Shown piece by piece: positions 50,333 to 59,482 of a stretch of DNA of 64,000 bases. A program made the position numbers and the translations under genes. Below the pieces are notes generated by a model. That model had not been told where the DNA came from. It saw only the letters and a program-made list of their open reading frames with translations, and did not search any database. This DNA comes from Acidimicrobiales bacterium (lineage in GTDB: Bacteria > Actinomycetota > Acidimicrobiia > Acidimicrobiales > Bog-793). The DNA lies in assembly GCA_035294725.1 (NCBI GenBank), contig DATGKK010000125.1:502-64501 (forward strand), given 5' to 3'. Every line of letters begins with the position of its first letter. Position 1 is the stretch's first letter.

Positions 50333-51886
50333 TCACTTCCCCTCGAGGAGCTGCTCGACCGGTTTCACGCCGGCCCGGCCGGCCCTGATCCGCCAGTGGA
50401 GCACGGCTCCGTACCAGACGAGGGCGACGATCGCTCCGTAGCCGAGGAACTTGTCCGAGCCGAGGAAGATGCCCGGCGCCGACAGGGCGAGCATCACCGC
50501 AACGGAGTAGACGAGCACGATCCCGATCACCGGCACGGCCCACCGTCCGAGGTTGAAGGCTCCTGGGACGGCGTCGGCCACCCTGCGCTTGTGGGCGTAG
50601 GCGACGGTGATGAGGAAGTAGATGATGTAGGGGATGATCGCCGTCGCACCCACGAGCGTCCCGTAGGCGCTCGACTGGAAGTAGCCGTACACCATCACTC
50701 CGATGTCGATGACGGCGAAGACGAGGAGGGCGACGATCGGCGTCTGCGTGCGGGTGTTCACCTTCCGCAGCCATCCGGACGCCGGCAGCATGTTGTCGCG
50801 GGCCATCGAGTAGACGAGGCGGGCCTGGGCGCCGGCTCCGACGACAAGGATGGCGAACATCGAGAAGATGACGAAGGCGACGAACACCTTCACGAGCCAC
50901 GGAGTGAGCCAGTAGCCGGCAATCGTGATGAGGGGCAGCGGCGACTTCTCGACGGCGGGAAGGCTCGGGATGGCGAGCGTGAAGCCGATGAGGGCGAGCA
51001 TGCCGAGCACGCCCGAGCCGACGACGGCCATGATGACGCCGCGCGGGACCGAGCGGCGGGCGTCGACGGCCTCCTCGGAGAGGTCGGCGGCGAGCTCGAA
51101 GCCGACGAGCGTGTAGGCGCCGAGCAGGCTCGCGAGCACGAACGAGTACCAGACCGGGTTGCCGCTCGGGTTCGTCGTCTGGAACAAGATGCCGTATCCG
51201 TGCGTGCTCGGCTTGTCGTGGATCCCCCAGAGCACGAAGAGCAGGACGGCGAAGACGACGGTGCCGAGGATCTCGGTGAACACGGCGATGTTGTTGACCC
51301 TCGCCGCGACCTGCACGCTCACGATATTGATGATCGCCGGCAGGATCATGAGGATGATGGCGACCGTGAGCACGAGGTGCGGGCTTGGTGTGTTGACGTT
51401 GAACTCGCTCAGCAGCAGCGGCGACGCCACGAGCAGCATGATCGATCCGCCGCCCACCGTCATGTAGAGGAGGCCTGCGAAGCCGACGAACCAGCCGTAG
51501 GAGGGGTTCACGAGGCGGGCGCTCCACTGGTAGGCATAGCCGGCGAGCGGTATGCGGGTACCGAGCTCGGCCACGACGAGGGCGATGAAGGTGTTGCCGA
51601 CCGCCACGATCGGCCACGTCCAGATCGAGGCGGGGCCCCAGTGGGTGAGGCCGAACGAGTAGTTGAGGAAGATGCCGGTCGTGATCGAGATGATCGAGAA
51701 GGCGATGGCGAACATCGAGAAGAAGCGGAGGGTCCGCCGCAGCTCGGGCCGGTAGCCGGAGCGGCGGACGAACGCGTCCTCCTGCTCGGGCCCGTTCGCC
51801 GGGCCGGTGTTCCTGTCCGGTCCGGTCACGGCGGCGGTGGCCTGGGAGCCGCCCTCGCCGGGCTCGCGTGTCGTCACTTCGGACAT
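50333..51886 (-). CDS. APC family amino acid/polyamine permease
   Basis: 517-aa ORF with 12 predicted TM helices. The N-terminal motif is LRFFSMFAIAFSIISITTGIF. Confidence 0.85.
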   Translation of the reverse strand: MSEVTTREPGEGGSQATAAVTGPDRNTGPANGPEQEDAFVRRSGYRPELRRTLRFFSMFAIAFSIISITTGIFLNYSFGLTHWGPASIWTWPIVAVGNTFIALVVAELGTRIPLAGYAYQWSARLVNPSYGWFVGFAGLLYMTVGGGSIMLLVASPLLLSEFNVNTPSPHLVLTVAIILMILPAIINIVSVQVAARVNNIAVFTEILGTVVFAVLLFVLWGIHDKPSTHGYGILFQTTNPSGNPVWYSFVLASLLGAYTLVGFELAADLSEEAVDARRSVPRGVIMAVVGSGVLGMLALIGFTLAIPSLPAVEKSPLPLITIAGYWLTPWLVKVFVAFVIFSMFAILVVGAGAQARLVYSMARDNMLPASGWLRKVNTRTQTPIVALLVFAVIDIGVMVYGYFQSSAYGTLVGATAIIPYIIYFLITVAYAHKRRVADAVPGAFNLGRWAVPVIGIVLVYSVAVMLALSAPGIFLGSDKFLGYGAIVALVWYGAVLHWRIRAGRAGVKPVEQLLEGK

Positions 51887-51902
51887 CTGCTACCTCCTGT
51901 CG

Positions 51903-53153
51903 TCACGGGTGGTGATGTGCGCGAAGAGCCGCGAAGGCGCCGTCGGTCGCCTCGAGGACCCGTTCGAGCTGGTCCTCGGTCATGGCGGCCGACACGAACC
52001 AGTTGTGGCGGGGGTGGATGAAGGCGCCCCGGCGGAGCGCCTCGGCGGCAAAGCGATCGGCCATCTCATGGTGGCGGTCACCGTCGAACGAGAGGTAGGG
52101 CATCTGGGGCGGCCCGGTCTGGCTCACCGTGAACCCCCAGCTCTCCGCCTGTTTGGCGAGCCCGGCCCTCAGCTGCTCGCCGCGCGAGGCCATCCTCGTG
52201 ACGGCGTCCTCGGCTCGCAGGCTGGCGATCGTGGCCAGGCTGGCCGCCATCGGCACGGCGGCGAACCAGAACGAGCCGGTGGCGAAGACCTCCTCTGCTG
52301 CTGCCCTGTAGCGCTCGCTGCCGAGCACGGCCGCGAGCGGGTAGCCGTTCGCGATCGCCTTGCTCCACGCGGAGAGGTCCGGCAGGACGCCGATCGGCTC
52401 CCAGCTGCTCCCGAAGTGGAGGCGGAAGCCGCATCGGACGTCGTCGAGCACGAGGGCGGCGCCCGTCTCGTCGCAGAGGGCTCTCAGGCCGTGAGCAAAG
52501 GCCGGGTCGACGAGCTCCTGATCGAACCCGGCGTCGTGGCGGAAGGGCGAGACGACGACGGCGGCGAGGTCTCCTCCTGCTCGCTCGGCCGCCTCTTCGA
52601 CCGAGGCGAGGTCGTTGTAGAGGTAGGTGTCGAGGTTGGCGCGGTCGGCTGCGGTCACTCCGGCGGGTCGAGGGGTGCACCACGGCGCCGCTCCGTGATA
52701 GGCGCCTTTCGCCACGAGCACCCGCGCCCGCCCGGTGGCTGCTCTTGCGATCGTGCAGCACAGGGTCGTCGCGTCGGTGCCGTTCTTCTGGAACATCGCC
52801 CAGTCGGCGTGGGCGACGGTGCGCACCAGCTCCTCGGCGAGGTCCACGATGAGCTCCGAAGGGCCGTTCATGCAGTCGCCTCGGGCCGCCTGGGCCGCGA
52901 CGGCCTCCTCGACCGCCGGGTGGCGGTGGCCGAGCAGAACGGGTCCGAAACTGCACATGAGGTCGACGTACTCGTTGCCGTCGACGTCCCAGACGAGGGC
53001 GCCTTCGCCGGCGGCCATGAACTGCGGGTACTCCTCGGGGAGGTGCCGCGCGCTCTGGTGGCCGTACATGCCGCCAGGGATCACCTTCTCGGCCCGCCGG
53101 CGCAGGGCCGCGTCTCGGAGGTGAGGGTGGCGCTCTACCTCGTCGCTCGCCAT
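51903..53153 (-). CDS. class-III PLP aminotransferase (glutamate-1-semialdehyde aminomutase-like)
   Basis: GGMYGHQS..., DVDGNEYVDL, FGPVLLGHRHPAV, and the PLP-Lys region DLSAWSKAIANGYPL. ATG 53153 is preferred (GGAGG 5 nt upstream) over the ORF-track TTG 53216. Confidence 0.85.
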   Translation of the reverse strand: MASDEVERHPHLRDAALRRRAEKVIPGGMYGHQSARHLPEEYPQFMAAGEGALVWDVDGNEYVDLMCSFGPVLLGHRHPAVEEAVAAQAARGDCMNGPSELIVDLAEELVRTVAHADWAMFQKNGTDATTLCCTIARAATGRARVLVAKGAYHGAAPWCTPRPAGVTAADRANLDTYLYNDLASVEEAAERAGGDLAAVVVSPFRHDAGFDQELVDPAFAHGLRALCDETGAALVLDDVRCGFRLHFGSSWEPIGVLPDLSAWSKAIANGYPLAAVLGSERYRAAAEEVFATGSFWFAAVPMAASLATIASLRAEDAVTRMASRGEQLRAGLAKQAESWGFTVSQTGPPQMPYLSFDGDRHHEMADRFAAEALRRGAFIHPRHNWFVSAAMTEDQLERVLEATDGAFAALRAHHHP

Positions 53154-53196
53154 GGGGGCCTCCACGCAGTCGGTGCCAGCAGCGGGTTTCCAAGAG

Positions 53197-53218
53197 TTTA
53201 GCCGGACGTCCGTCAAAA
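53197..53218. promoter_or_regulatory. 22-bp imperfect palindrome, candidate TetR operator in the divergent spacer
   Basis: TTTAGCCGGACGTCCGTCAAAA. 18 of 22 positions are dyad-symmetric around a perfect GGACGTCC core. It lies between the aminotransferase start (53153) and the TetR start (53268). Confidence 0.4.
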
Positions 53219-53267
53219 ATCTAGAGGCGTATCATCGTCGGAGCTGGGTGGATCGGGAGGTGAGAGG

Positions 53268-53891
53268 TTGCCGAAGGTCGTCGACTGGGACGAGCGGCGG
53301 GACGAGATCTTGTCGGCCACCTGGCGCGTGATCGCGCGCGAAGGCCTCGTCGGGACCACGATCCGGGCCATTGCCGAGGAGGCGGGGTGCTCCCGGGGGA
53401 TCCTCGCCCACTATTTCAACGACAAGGCCGGCATCCTCGGCTCGGCGCTCGTGATGTCGCACCGCCGGGTCGGCGCCCGCATGGATGCGATCGCCGCCAC
53501 GGCCTCGGGGATGGCCGCGCTCCGGGCCGTCATGCTCGAGGCACTCCCGCTCGACGAGCAGCGTGACCTCGAGGCCCAGATCGAGGTGAGCTTCTGGGGC
53601 CGGGCGCTCTCGAGCGAGGAGCTCGCCGGCCTGCAGCACGCGGAGTTCGAGCGCCTCTGGAGCCGCTTGCGCCGGCACCTGGAGGAGGCGCTTGACGCCG
53701 GCGAGATCGACCCCGGGATCGACCTCGAGTGTGCGACCCATGAGCTCGTCATGCTGATCGACGGTCTCAGCGTCGAGCGGGTGCTCTATCCCTCCCGGGT
53801 GCCGGCCGATCGGCAGGTCACCCTGCTCGACCGGGTGCTCGACGGCTTCCGGCCCCGGTCTGCCGGCAACGGCCGGCGGCGGCGCACGTAA
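53268..53891 (+). CDS. TetR/AcrR family transcriptional regulator
   Basis: 207-aa ORF with the N-terminal HTH ILSATWRVIAREGLVGTTIRAIAEEAGCSRGILAHYF. The TTG start is preceded by GGGAGG. Confidence 0.85.
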   Translation: MPKVVDWDERRDEILSATWRVIAREGLVGTTIRAIAEEAGCSRGILAHYFNDKAGILGSALVMSHRRVGARMDAIAATASGMAALRAVMLEALPLDEQRDLEAQIEVSFWGRALSSEELAGLQHAEFERLWSRLRRHLEEALDAGEIDPGIDLECATHELVMLIDGLSVERVLYPSRVPADRQVTLLDRVLDGFRPRSAGNGRRRRT

Positions 53892-53936
53892 CCCTCCACG
53901 CAACCTGCCAAGAGCGCCGGGGCGGAGGCCCGGTGC

Positions 53937-54965
53937 TCACACCCCGCGCAGGTTGCGCGCGAACTGCTCCGCCCCGATGTTGGCGCCGCAGACGACGACG
54001 CCGACCCGGACGCCGTCGAGGCGGTCTCTGAGCGGGTGCATCACAGCCGCGAGCGCCGCTGCGCCGGCGGGCTCGGTGACGAGCTTTCCGGCAGAGAACA
54101 GGAGCCGCATCGCGTCGCGGATCTGGTCGTCGGTCACGAGCACCACCTCGCTCAGCATGAGGCGGTTGAGGCCGAACGAGTAGGGCTCACAGCGGGGCGC
54201 GCCGAGGGAGTCGGCAATCGTCCGGACGGCGTCGATCGCCTCCGGCCGCCCGCTCGCGAAGCTCCGGTGGAGGCTGTCGGCGCCCTCCGGCTCGACGGCG
54301 ACGACCGCCGCCTCGGGCAGCAGCTGTCGCACCGCGCTCGCGACCCCGGCCGAGAGGCCGCCGCCCCCGGCGGCCACGACGACGGCGTCAAGCGAGTCGC
54401 CGGCGGCCCGGACCTGCTCGACGAGCTCGAGCCCGACCCCGGCCGTGCCGAGTGCCGTCTTCGGGCCCTCGAAGGGGTGCACCATCGTGCGGCCCTCGCG
54501 ACGGACGATCTCCTCGGCCCTGTCGAAGGCGACGTGGACGTCCTCGACGAACTCGACCATCCCGCCGTAGGCAGTGCAGAGCTCGACTCGGAACGGATCG
54601 GCGCTGTGCGGCATCACGATCTTCGCCGTCGTGTGGAGGATGCGGGCGGAGTAGGCGAGCGAGATGGCGTGGTTGCCGGCCGAGACGCCGGTGACGCCTC
54701 GGGCGAGGGCCGCCTCGTCGAGATCGAGCATCACCGACAAAGCGCCGCGGGGCTTGAAGCTGCCCGTCTTCTGGAACAGCTCCTCCTTCAGCCAGATCCG
54801 CGTCGAGGCCCCGACTGCCGCATCCACGGCATCTCCCTCGAGGCGGCGGACGGGCGTCGTGAGGACGAGGTCGCCGAGCCGGGCACGATTCGCGCGGATC
54901 TCCTCGATCGTCGGCACCCTTGGCGGGCCAGGGCCGTCGGGCGGAGGCGACGTGGTCGGGGTCAT
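53937..54965 (-). CDS. PLP-dependent threonine/serine dehydratase family enzyme
   Basis: Starts at ATG 54965 (MTPTTSPP...). The PLP-Lys motif is FQKTGSFKPRGA, with GVSAGNHA and a glycine-rich loop VVAAGGGGLSAG. Confidence 0.8.
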   Translation of the reverse strand: MTPTTSPPPDGPGPPRVPTIEEIRANRARLGDLVLTTPVRRLEGDAVDAAVGASTRIWLKEELFQKTGSFKPRGALSVMLDLDEAALARGVTGVSAGNHAISLAYSARILHTTAKIVMPHSADPFRVELCTAYGGMVEFVEDVHVAFDRAEEIVRREGRTMVHPFEGPKTALGTAGVGLELVEQVRAAGDSLDAVVVAAGGGGLSAGVASAVRQLLPEAAVVAVEPEGADSLHRSFASGRPEAIDAVRTIADSLGAPRCEPYSFGLNRLMLSEVVLVTDDQIRDAMRLLFSAGKLVTEPAGAAALAAVMHPLRDRLDGVRVGVVVCGANIGAEQFARNLRGV

Positions 54966-55008
54966 CGCGGCCACGGTACCGCCGCCGGTCAGAAGGCGGT
55001 GGACCGGC

Positions 55009-55434
55009 TCACGCGGGCTCGGCGAAGCGCACCCCAGGGAAGCGTCCGAAGTCGGAGTCGTAGGTACGGACCGTTGCCCGGTGCTCGAGAGCGAGCGCCG
55101 CGAGGTGCGCATCGCTCGTCAGGTTGGCGCCCGTCCCGGTCCGGCTGAGGAGGCCGGCGAGGATGTTGAGGTGGTCGGGCGTCGGGTGGACGAGGACCGC
55201 GCGAGGAGCCTCCAGCCAGCCGGCGACGACGGCGATGGCGTCTTCCGGGTCAAGCGGGTTCGGGAAGAGCCCGGGACGGGTCGTGAGGCGCAGGAAGGCC
55301 AGGAGAACCTGCCAGGCGAACCCGATCGACTCGCCGGCGTAGAGCTCATGGTCCAACCAGTCGCGCGCGACCGAGTGGCGCCGGTCGCTCCGGTTGACGG
55401 CGTAGATGAGGACGTTCGCGTCGACGAGGTTCAC
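55009..55434 (-). CDS. vapC: type II toxin-antitoxin system VapC-family PIN-domain toxin
   Basis: 141-aa ORF with N-terminus MNLVDANVLIYAV (first acidic PIN residue), a later LTSDAHLAALA, and a C-terminal DSDF. Confidence 0.85.
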   Translation of the reverse strand: MNLVDANVLIYAVNRSDRRHSVARDWLDHELYAGESIGFAWQVLLAFLRLTTRPGLFPNPLDPEDAIAVVAGWLEAPRAVLVHPTPDHLNILAGLLSRTGTGANLTSDAHLAALALEHRATVRTYDSDFGRFPGVRFAEPA

Positions 55435-55686
55435 TTACTTGCCGGCGCGCCGCTTCCGCACCAGCTCCTCGTCCTCGATCTCGTCGGCGAGGCTGAGGGC
55501 TCGGTCCAGGTTCACCTGCGGCGCACCGAGGTCGTAGGCCGTGGTCCGCCGCAGGGGCGCAGGAGCGCTGCCGAGACCTGCCCGGATCGCCTCGTTCACG
55601 ACCTGCTTGAACGAGCCACCACGCTCCCGCATGCGACGCCGCACCAGCTCCTCGGTGTCCGGGTCGAGCGTGAGGGTGGTCCGCAC
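55435..55686 (-). CDS. vapB: type II antitoxin (VapB-type)
   Basis: 83-aa ORF, MRTTLTLDPDTEELVRRRMRERGGSFKQVVNEAIRAGL. Its TAA stop abuts the vapC GTG start. Confidence 0.8.
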   Translation of the reverse strand: MRTTLTLDPDTEELVRRRMRERGGSFKQVVNEAIRAGLGSAPAPLRRTTAYDLGAPQVNLDRALSLADEIEDEELVRKRRAGK

Positions 55687-55696
55687 GGTGCCATCA

Positions 55697-55727
55697 TGAC
55701 ATCAGCAAGCTTGATGTTTCAACATCA
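55697..55727. promoter_or_regulatory. repeated ACATCA/TGATGT hexamers upstream of vapB (candidate autoregulatory operator)
   Basis: ACATCA occurs at 55699-55704 and 55722-55727, and TGATGT at 55712-55717. This gives a perfect TGATGT-ttca-ACATCA inverted repeat (55712-55727). A central AAGCTT palindrome is also present, and the spacer is AT-richer than its surroundings. Confidence 0.45.
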
Positions 55728-55742
55728 TCATGGCGGCCTCAG

Positions 55743-57569
55743 TCACACGAGGCTCTCGCGCCAGGCGGCGTGCAGCGAGGCGTAGTGACCGGAGCCCTGC
55801 GCGAGGAGCGATCTCGGCGAGCCGTCTTCGACGATCCGGCCCGCCTCGAGCACGAGGACCCGGTCGGCGATCTCCACCGTGGAGAGCCGGTGGGCGATGA
55901 TGACCGAGGTGCGCCCGGCGAGCACCGTCTTCAGCGCCGACTGGACGAGCCGCTCCATCGGTGCGTCGAGCGAGGAGCTCGCCTCGTCGAGGATGAGGAC
56001 CGCCGGGTCGGCGAGCAGGGCGCGGGCGAGCGCGACGAGCTGGCGCTGGCCGGCCGACAGCCTCGATCCCGACTTTCCCACGTCGCTCTCATAGCCCTCG
56101 CCGAGGGTGTGCACGAACGAGTCGACCCCGACGGCACGCGCCGCCGCGATGACCTGCTCGCGGGTCGCGTCTGGGGAGCCGAAGGCGATGTTGTCGGCGA
56201 TCGTCCCCGAGAAGATGAAGCTTTCCTGGGTCACCATCGCGACTGCCCGCCGGAGACCTGCCTGGTCGAGTGCTCTGAGGTCGATCCCGTCGATCGTGAC
56301 CCTGCCCGAGGTCGGGTCGTAGAAGCGGGCCAGCAGCCGGGCCACCGTGCTCTTACCCGCTCCGGTCCGCCCGAGCAATGCGACGGTCTCCCCGGTGCCG
56401 ATCTCGAGGTTGAAGTCCGTCAGCACCTCCGGCCCGCTCCGGTAGGAGAAGTGGACGTGGTGGAAGCCGACCGTGCCGCGAAGCCCTCCGGCCGGGAGCG
56501 CGGCGCCCTTTGCCGGCATGGGCACGCCCGGCTCCTCGTCGAGGACGCCGGCCAGCTTCTCGAAGCCGGCGGCCGCCGCCTGGAAGGAGTCGTAGAACTG
56601 GCTCACCTCGGCCAAGGGCTCGAAGAACCGCCGCAGGTAGAGCACGAACGACGCCAGCACGCCGACCTCCATCTCGCCGCCGATGACCCGTGCTCCCCCG
56701 TAGAGGAGCACCGCCGCGGTCGTGAGGTTGCCGACGAGCACGATGCCGGGCCAGTAGATGCCGAGCAGCTGGAAGGACTTCGACATCGCCTTGCGGTAGC
56801 CCTCGGACAACCCGCCGAAGATCTCGTCGTTGCGAGGCTCACGCCGGAAGGCCTGGACGGCCCGGATGCCCCGCAGCGACTCGGTGAAGTGCACGATGAC
56901 GAGCGCCATCGCGTTGCGGGTCGTCCGGTAGGCCGCCGTCGACTCCCGTTGGTACCAGCGGCTGAGGAAGTAGAGGGGGATGAACCCGCTCAGGCAGACG
57001 AGCCCGAGCGGGAGGTCGAGGACGAGCAGCACGATGCCGACCCCGACTACCGACAAGACGGCGTTCACGAGCGTGTCGAGGCCGAGGGAGAACATGTCGT
57101 TGATGGACTCGAAGTCCGAGGTGAGACGGGCGATCATGCGACCGGTCGTGTAGTGCTCGTGGAAGGCGAGGCTGAGGCCCTGGAAGTGGGCGAAGACGCG
57201 CTGGCGGAGGTCGTAGATCATCTCCTGGCCGACGCGGCCGGACCCTGCGACGAACACCCGGTACAGCAGCGCCTGCGCCAGCGCGCAGACCGCGATGAGA
57301 CCGGTGATGAGCCCGATCGGCAGGTAGTCCCCGTGGCGCGCGCCGGAGATGCCCCGGTCGATCCCGAGACCGACGAGGTACGGGATCGCGGTCGCCGCCA
57401 GGTTCGAGACGAGGATGGCGACCCCGACCACGATGAGGGCGCGGCGGTGGGGCCGGGCGAGCGAGCCGATGAGCCGGCGGGTTCGTGCCCGCAGCAGGCC
57501 GGTCCAGGCCGGCGGCACCTCCTCGATCTCCTCGGCGGCGATCCCGCGCCAGGACTCTGCCGCGCTCAC
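55743..57569 (-). CDS. ABC exporter, fused permease/ATPase (MsbA/multidrug type)
   Basis: 608-aa ORF. Six TM helices, then Walker A GRTGAGKST, signature LSAGQRQ, and Walker B ILILDEA. A GTGA overlap joins it to the upstream partner. Confidence 0.9.
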   Translation of the reverse strand: MSAAESWRGIAAEEIEEVPPAWTGLLRARTRRLIGSLARPHRRALIVVGVAILVSNLAATAIPYLVGLGIDRGISGARHGDYLPIGLITGLIAVCALAQALLYRVFVAGSGRVGQEMIYDLRQRVFAHFQGLSLAFHEHYTTGRMIARLTSDFESINDMFSLGLDTLVNAVLSVVGVGIVLLVLDLPLGLVCLSGFIPLYFLSRWYQRESTAAYRTTRNAMALVIVHFTESLRGIRAVQAFRREPRNDEIFGGLSEGYRKAMSKSFQLLGIYWPGIVLVGNLTTAAVLLYGGARVIGGEMEVGVLASFVLYLRRFFEPLAEVSQFYDSFQAAAAGFEKLAGVLDEEPGVPMPAKGAALPAGGLRGTVGFHHVHFSYRSGPEVLTDFNLEIGTGETVALLGRTGAGKSTVARLLARFYDPTSGRVTIDGIDLRALDQAGLRRAVAMVTQESFIFSGTIADNIAFGSPDATREQVIAAARAVGVDSFVHTLGEGYESDVGKSGSRLSAGQRQLVALARALLADPAVLILDEASSSLDAPMERLVQSALKTVLAGRTSVIIAHRLSTVEIADRVLVLEAGRIVEDGSPRSLLAQGSGHYASLHAAWRESLV

Positions 57570-59329
57570 GTGATCCCCATGGGGTGTCCGACCGAGAGCA
57601 CCGAGGCGTACTCCGGTAGCTCCATGAGCTCGTGGTGGGTGCCGACGGCGACGAGCACGCCGTCGCGCAGCAGCGCGACCCGGTCGGCGAGCGCCACCGT
57701 CGAGGGCCGGTGGACGACCAGGAGGCCGGTGGTCCCCCGGAGCACCCTTGCGAGCGCCGCCTCGACGAGCGCCTCGGTGTTGACGTCGAGGGCGGAAAGG
57801 GGATCGTCGAGGACGATCACCGACGGCCGCGCGATCACTGCACGCGCGAGGGCGAGGCGCTGGCGCTGACCCCCCGACAACGCCATGCCCTGCTCGCCGA
57901 TGCGCGTGTCGAGGCCCCAGGGCAGGTCGTAGACGAACCCTGCCTGCGCGACGTCGAGGGCGGCGGCGATCTCGTCTGCCGTCGCCTCGGGCCGGCCGAG
58001 GAGGATGTTCTCCCTCACGCTCATCGAGAACAGCGTCGGGTCCTCGAACACGACGGCGACGTGGCGGCGGAGCGAGGCGAGGCTGAGATCGCGGATGTCG
58101 ATCCCGTCGAGGGTGATGCGGCCGCCCGTCACGTCGTACAGGCGGGGAGGCAGGGCCGCAAGGGTGCTCTTACCGGAGCCGGTGAGGCCGACGATGGCGA
58201 CGGTCTCACCGGGTTCGATCGTGAGATTGACGTCACGCAGCACGAGCCGGCCCGAGCCGGGGAAGGAGAAGGCGACGTGCTCGAAGCAAAGACGCCCCGC
58301 CGACTCGCTCATCTCGATGGCCCCCGGCCGGTCGGTGACGGTGAGCTCGGCGTCGAAGACCTCGCAGACACGGTCGGCGGCGGTGGCGGCCTGCTGGGCC
58401 ATCGACAGGATCCAGCCGAGGTCGATGATCGGGAACTGGAGCAGCACGAGCAGGGTGGTGAACGCGACGAGGGCACCGACGGGGATCGTCCCGCGGGCGA
58501 CGGCGATCCCGCCGACGAGGACGGTGGCCGCCATCGAGATGTTGGGCACGAGGGTGAGCCATCCCCAAAAGCGAGCGCGCAGGCCCACGAGCTCGAGCGA
58601 GGAGCGGCGCAGCGTGTTGGCCGAGGCGCCGAAACGTTCCTGCATGAGCGGTGCCCGTCCGAAGGCCTTCACGACCCGCATGCCGGTGGCGGCTTCCTCG
58701 GTGATCGTCGCGAGGTCGCCCTGCTGGTCCTGCACCCGGCGGGAGATGAGCGAGTAGCCGGCTCCGAAGCGCTTTGCGAGCCAGATCACCGGCAGCGTGG
58801 TCACGAGCGCGACGGCGCCGAGCGGCAGGTAGGTCACGCACAACAGCGCCATCACGACGAGGTACTGCATCGCGTCGACCACGAAGTAGATGGCACCGAA
58901 GCCGAGGAAGCGCCGGATGGTCCCGAGGTCGGTCGTCGCTCGCGACAACAGCTGCCCGGTCTGCCACTCGTCGTGGAAGCCGATCGGCAGTCGCTGCAGT
59001 CGGGCGTAGAGGTCGTCTCGGATCTGGCGCTCGACGTGCTGGATCGCGACCGACTGGACCCGGCGCCGGCCCGCGATCAGCCCTGCTTCGGCGAGGCCGA
59101 GGCCGAGGGCCAGGAAGAACATGGGCACGAGGGCGGCCCGGTCATGGAGCCGGATCGGCCCGTCGACGACGGCTTCGAGCACGAGGGGGATGAGCGTGCT
59201 GGCGGCGACCGCGAGCAGCGCGCAGGCCAGCATGCTCCACATCTCGAGGGAGTACGGCAGCACGAACGTGCGAAGGCGCCACAGCGACCGGTACGAGCCC
59301 GCGCTCCTTGGAACCGGTTCGCTCGCCAT
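57566..59329 (-). CDS. ABC exporter, fused permease/ATPase (heterodimer partner)
   Basis: Starts at ATG 59329 (MASEPVPRS...). Six TM helices, then GLTGSGKST, LSGGQRQRLALARA, and VIVLDDP. Confidence 0.9.
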   Translation of the reverse strand: MASEPVPRSAGSYRSLWRLRTFVLPYSLEMWSMLACALLAVAASTLIPLVLEAVVDGPIRLHDRAALVPMFFLALGLGLAEAGLIAGRRRVQSVAIQHVERQIRDDLYARLQRLPIGFHDEWQTGQLLSRATTDLGTIRRFLGFGAIYFVVDAMQYLVVMALLCVTYLPLGAVALVTTLPVIWLAKRFGAGYSLISRRVQDQQGDLATITEEAATGMRVVKAFGRAPLMQERFGASANTLRRSSLELVGLRARFWGWLTLVPNISMAATVLVGGIAVARGTIPVGALVAFTTLLVLLQFPIIDLGWILSMAQQAATAADRVCEVFDAELTVTDRPGAIEMSESAGRLCFEHVAFSFPGSGRLVLRDVNLTIEPGETVAIVGLTGSGKSTLAALPPRLYDVTGGRITLDGIDIRDLSLASLRRHVAVVFEDPTLFSMSVRENILLGRPEATADEIAAALDVAQAGFVYDLPWGLDTRIGEQGMALSGGQRQRLALARAVIARPSVIVLDDPLSALDVNTEALVEAALARVLRGTTGLLVVHRPSTVALADRVALLRDGVLVAVGTHHELMELPEYASVLSVGHPMGIT

Positions 59330-59482
59330 GACAAGACGGTACCCAGCCCCCACGCGTGACCAGACCAGGAGGACGGGGTGCGGCACCGGCCGCGGCGGGC
59401 GGCGCGTGCTCAGCCGAGGCTCCCGGGCGGCGACCCACTGGTGCACCGTGCGCGACGGCGGACGGCGCCGTGCACGTGCCGC

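Noticed and set aside
55770-59359. Long plus-strand ORFs 55770..57869 (699 aa) and 57632..59359 (575 aa)
   Set aside because: They are shadow ORFs opposite the two ABC exporter genes, which carry Walker A/B and signature motifs on the minus strand.
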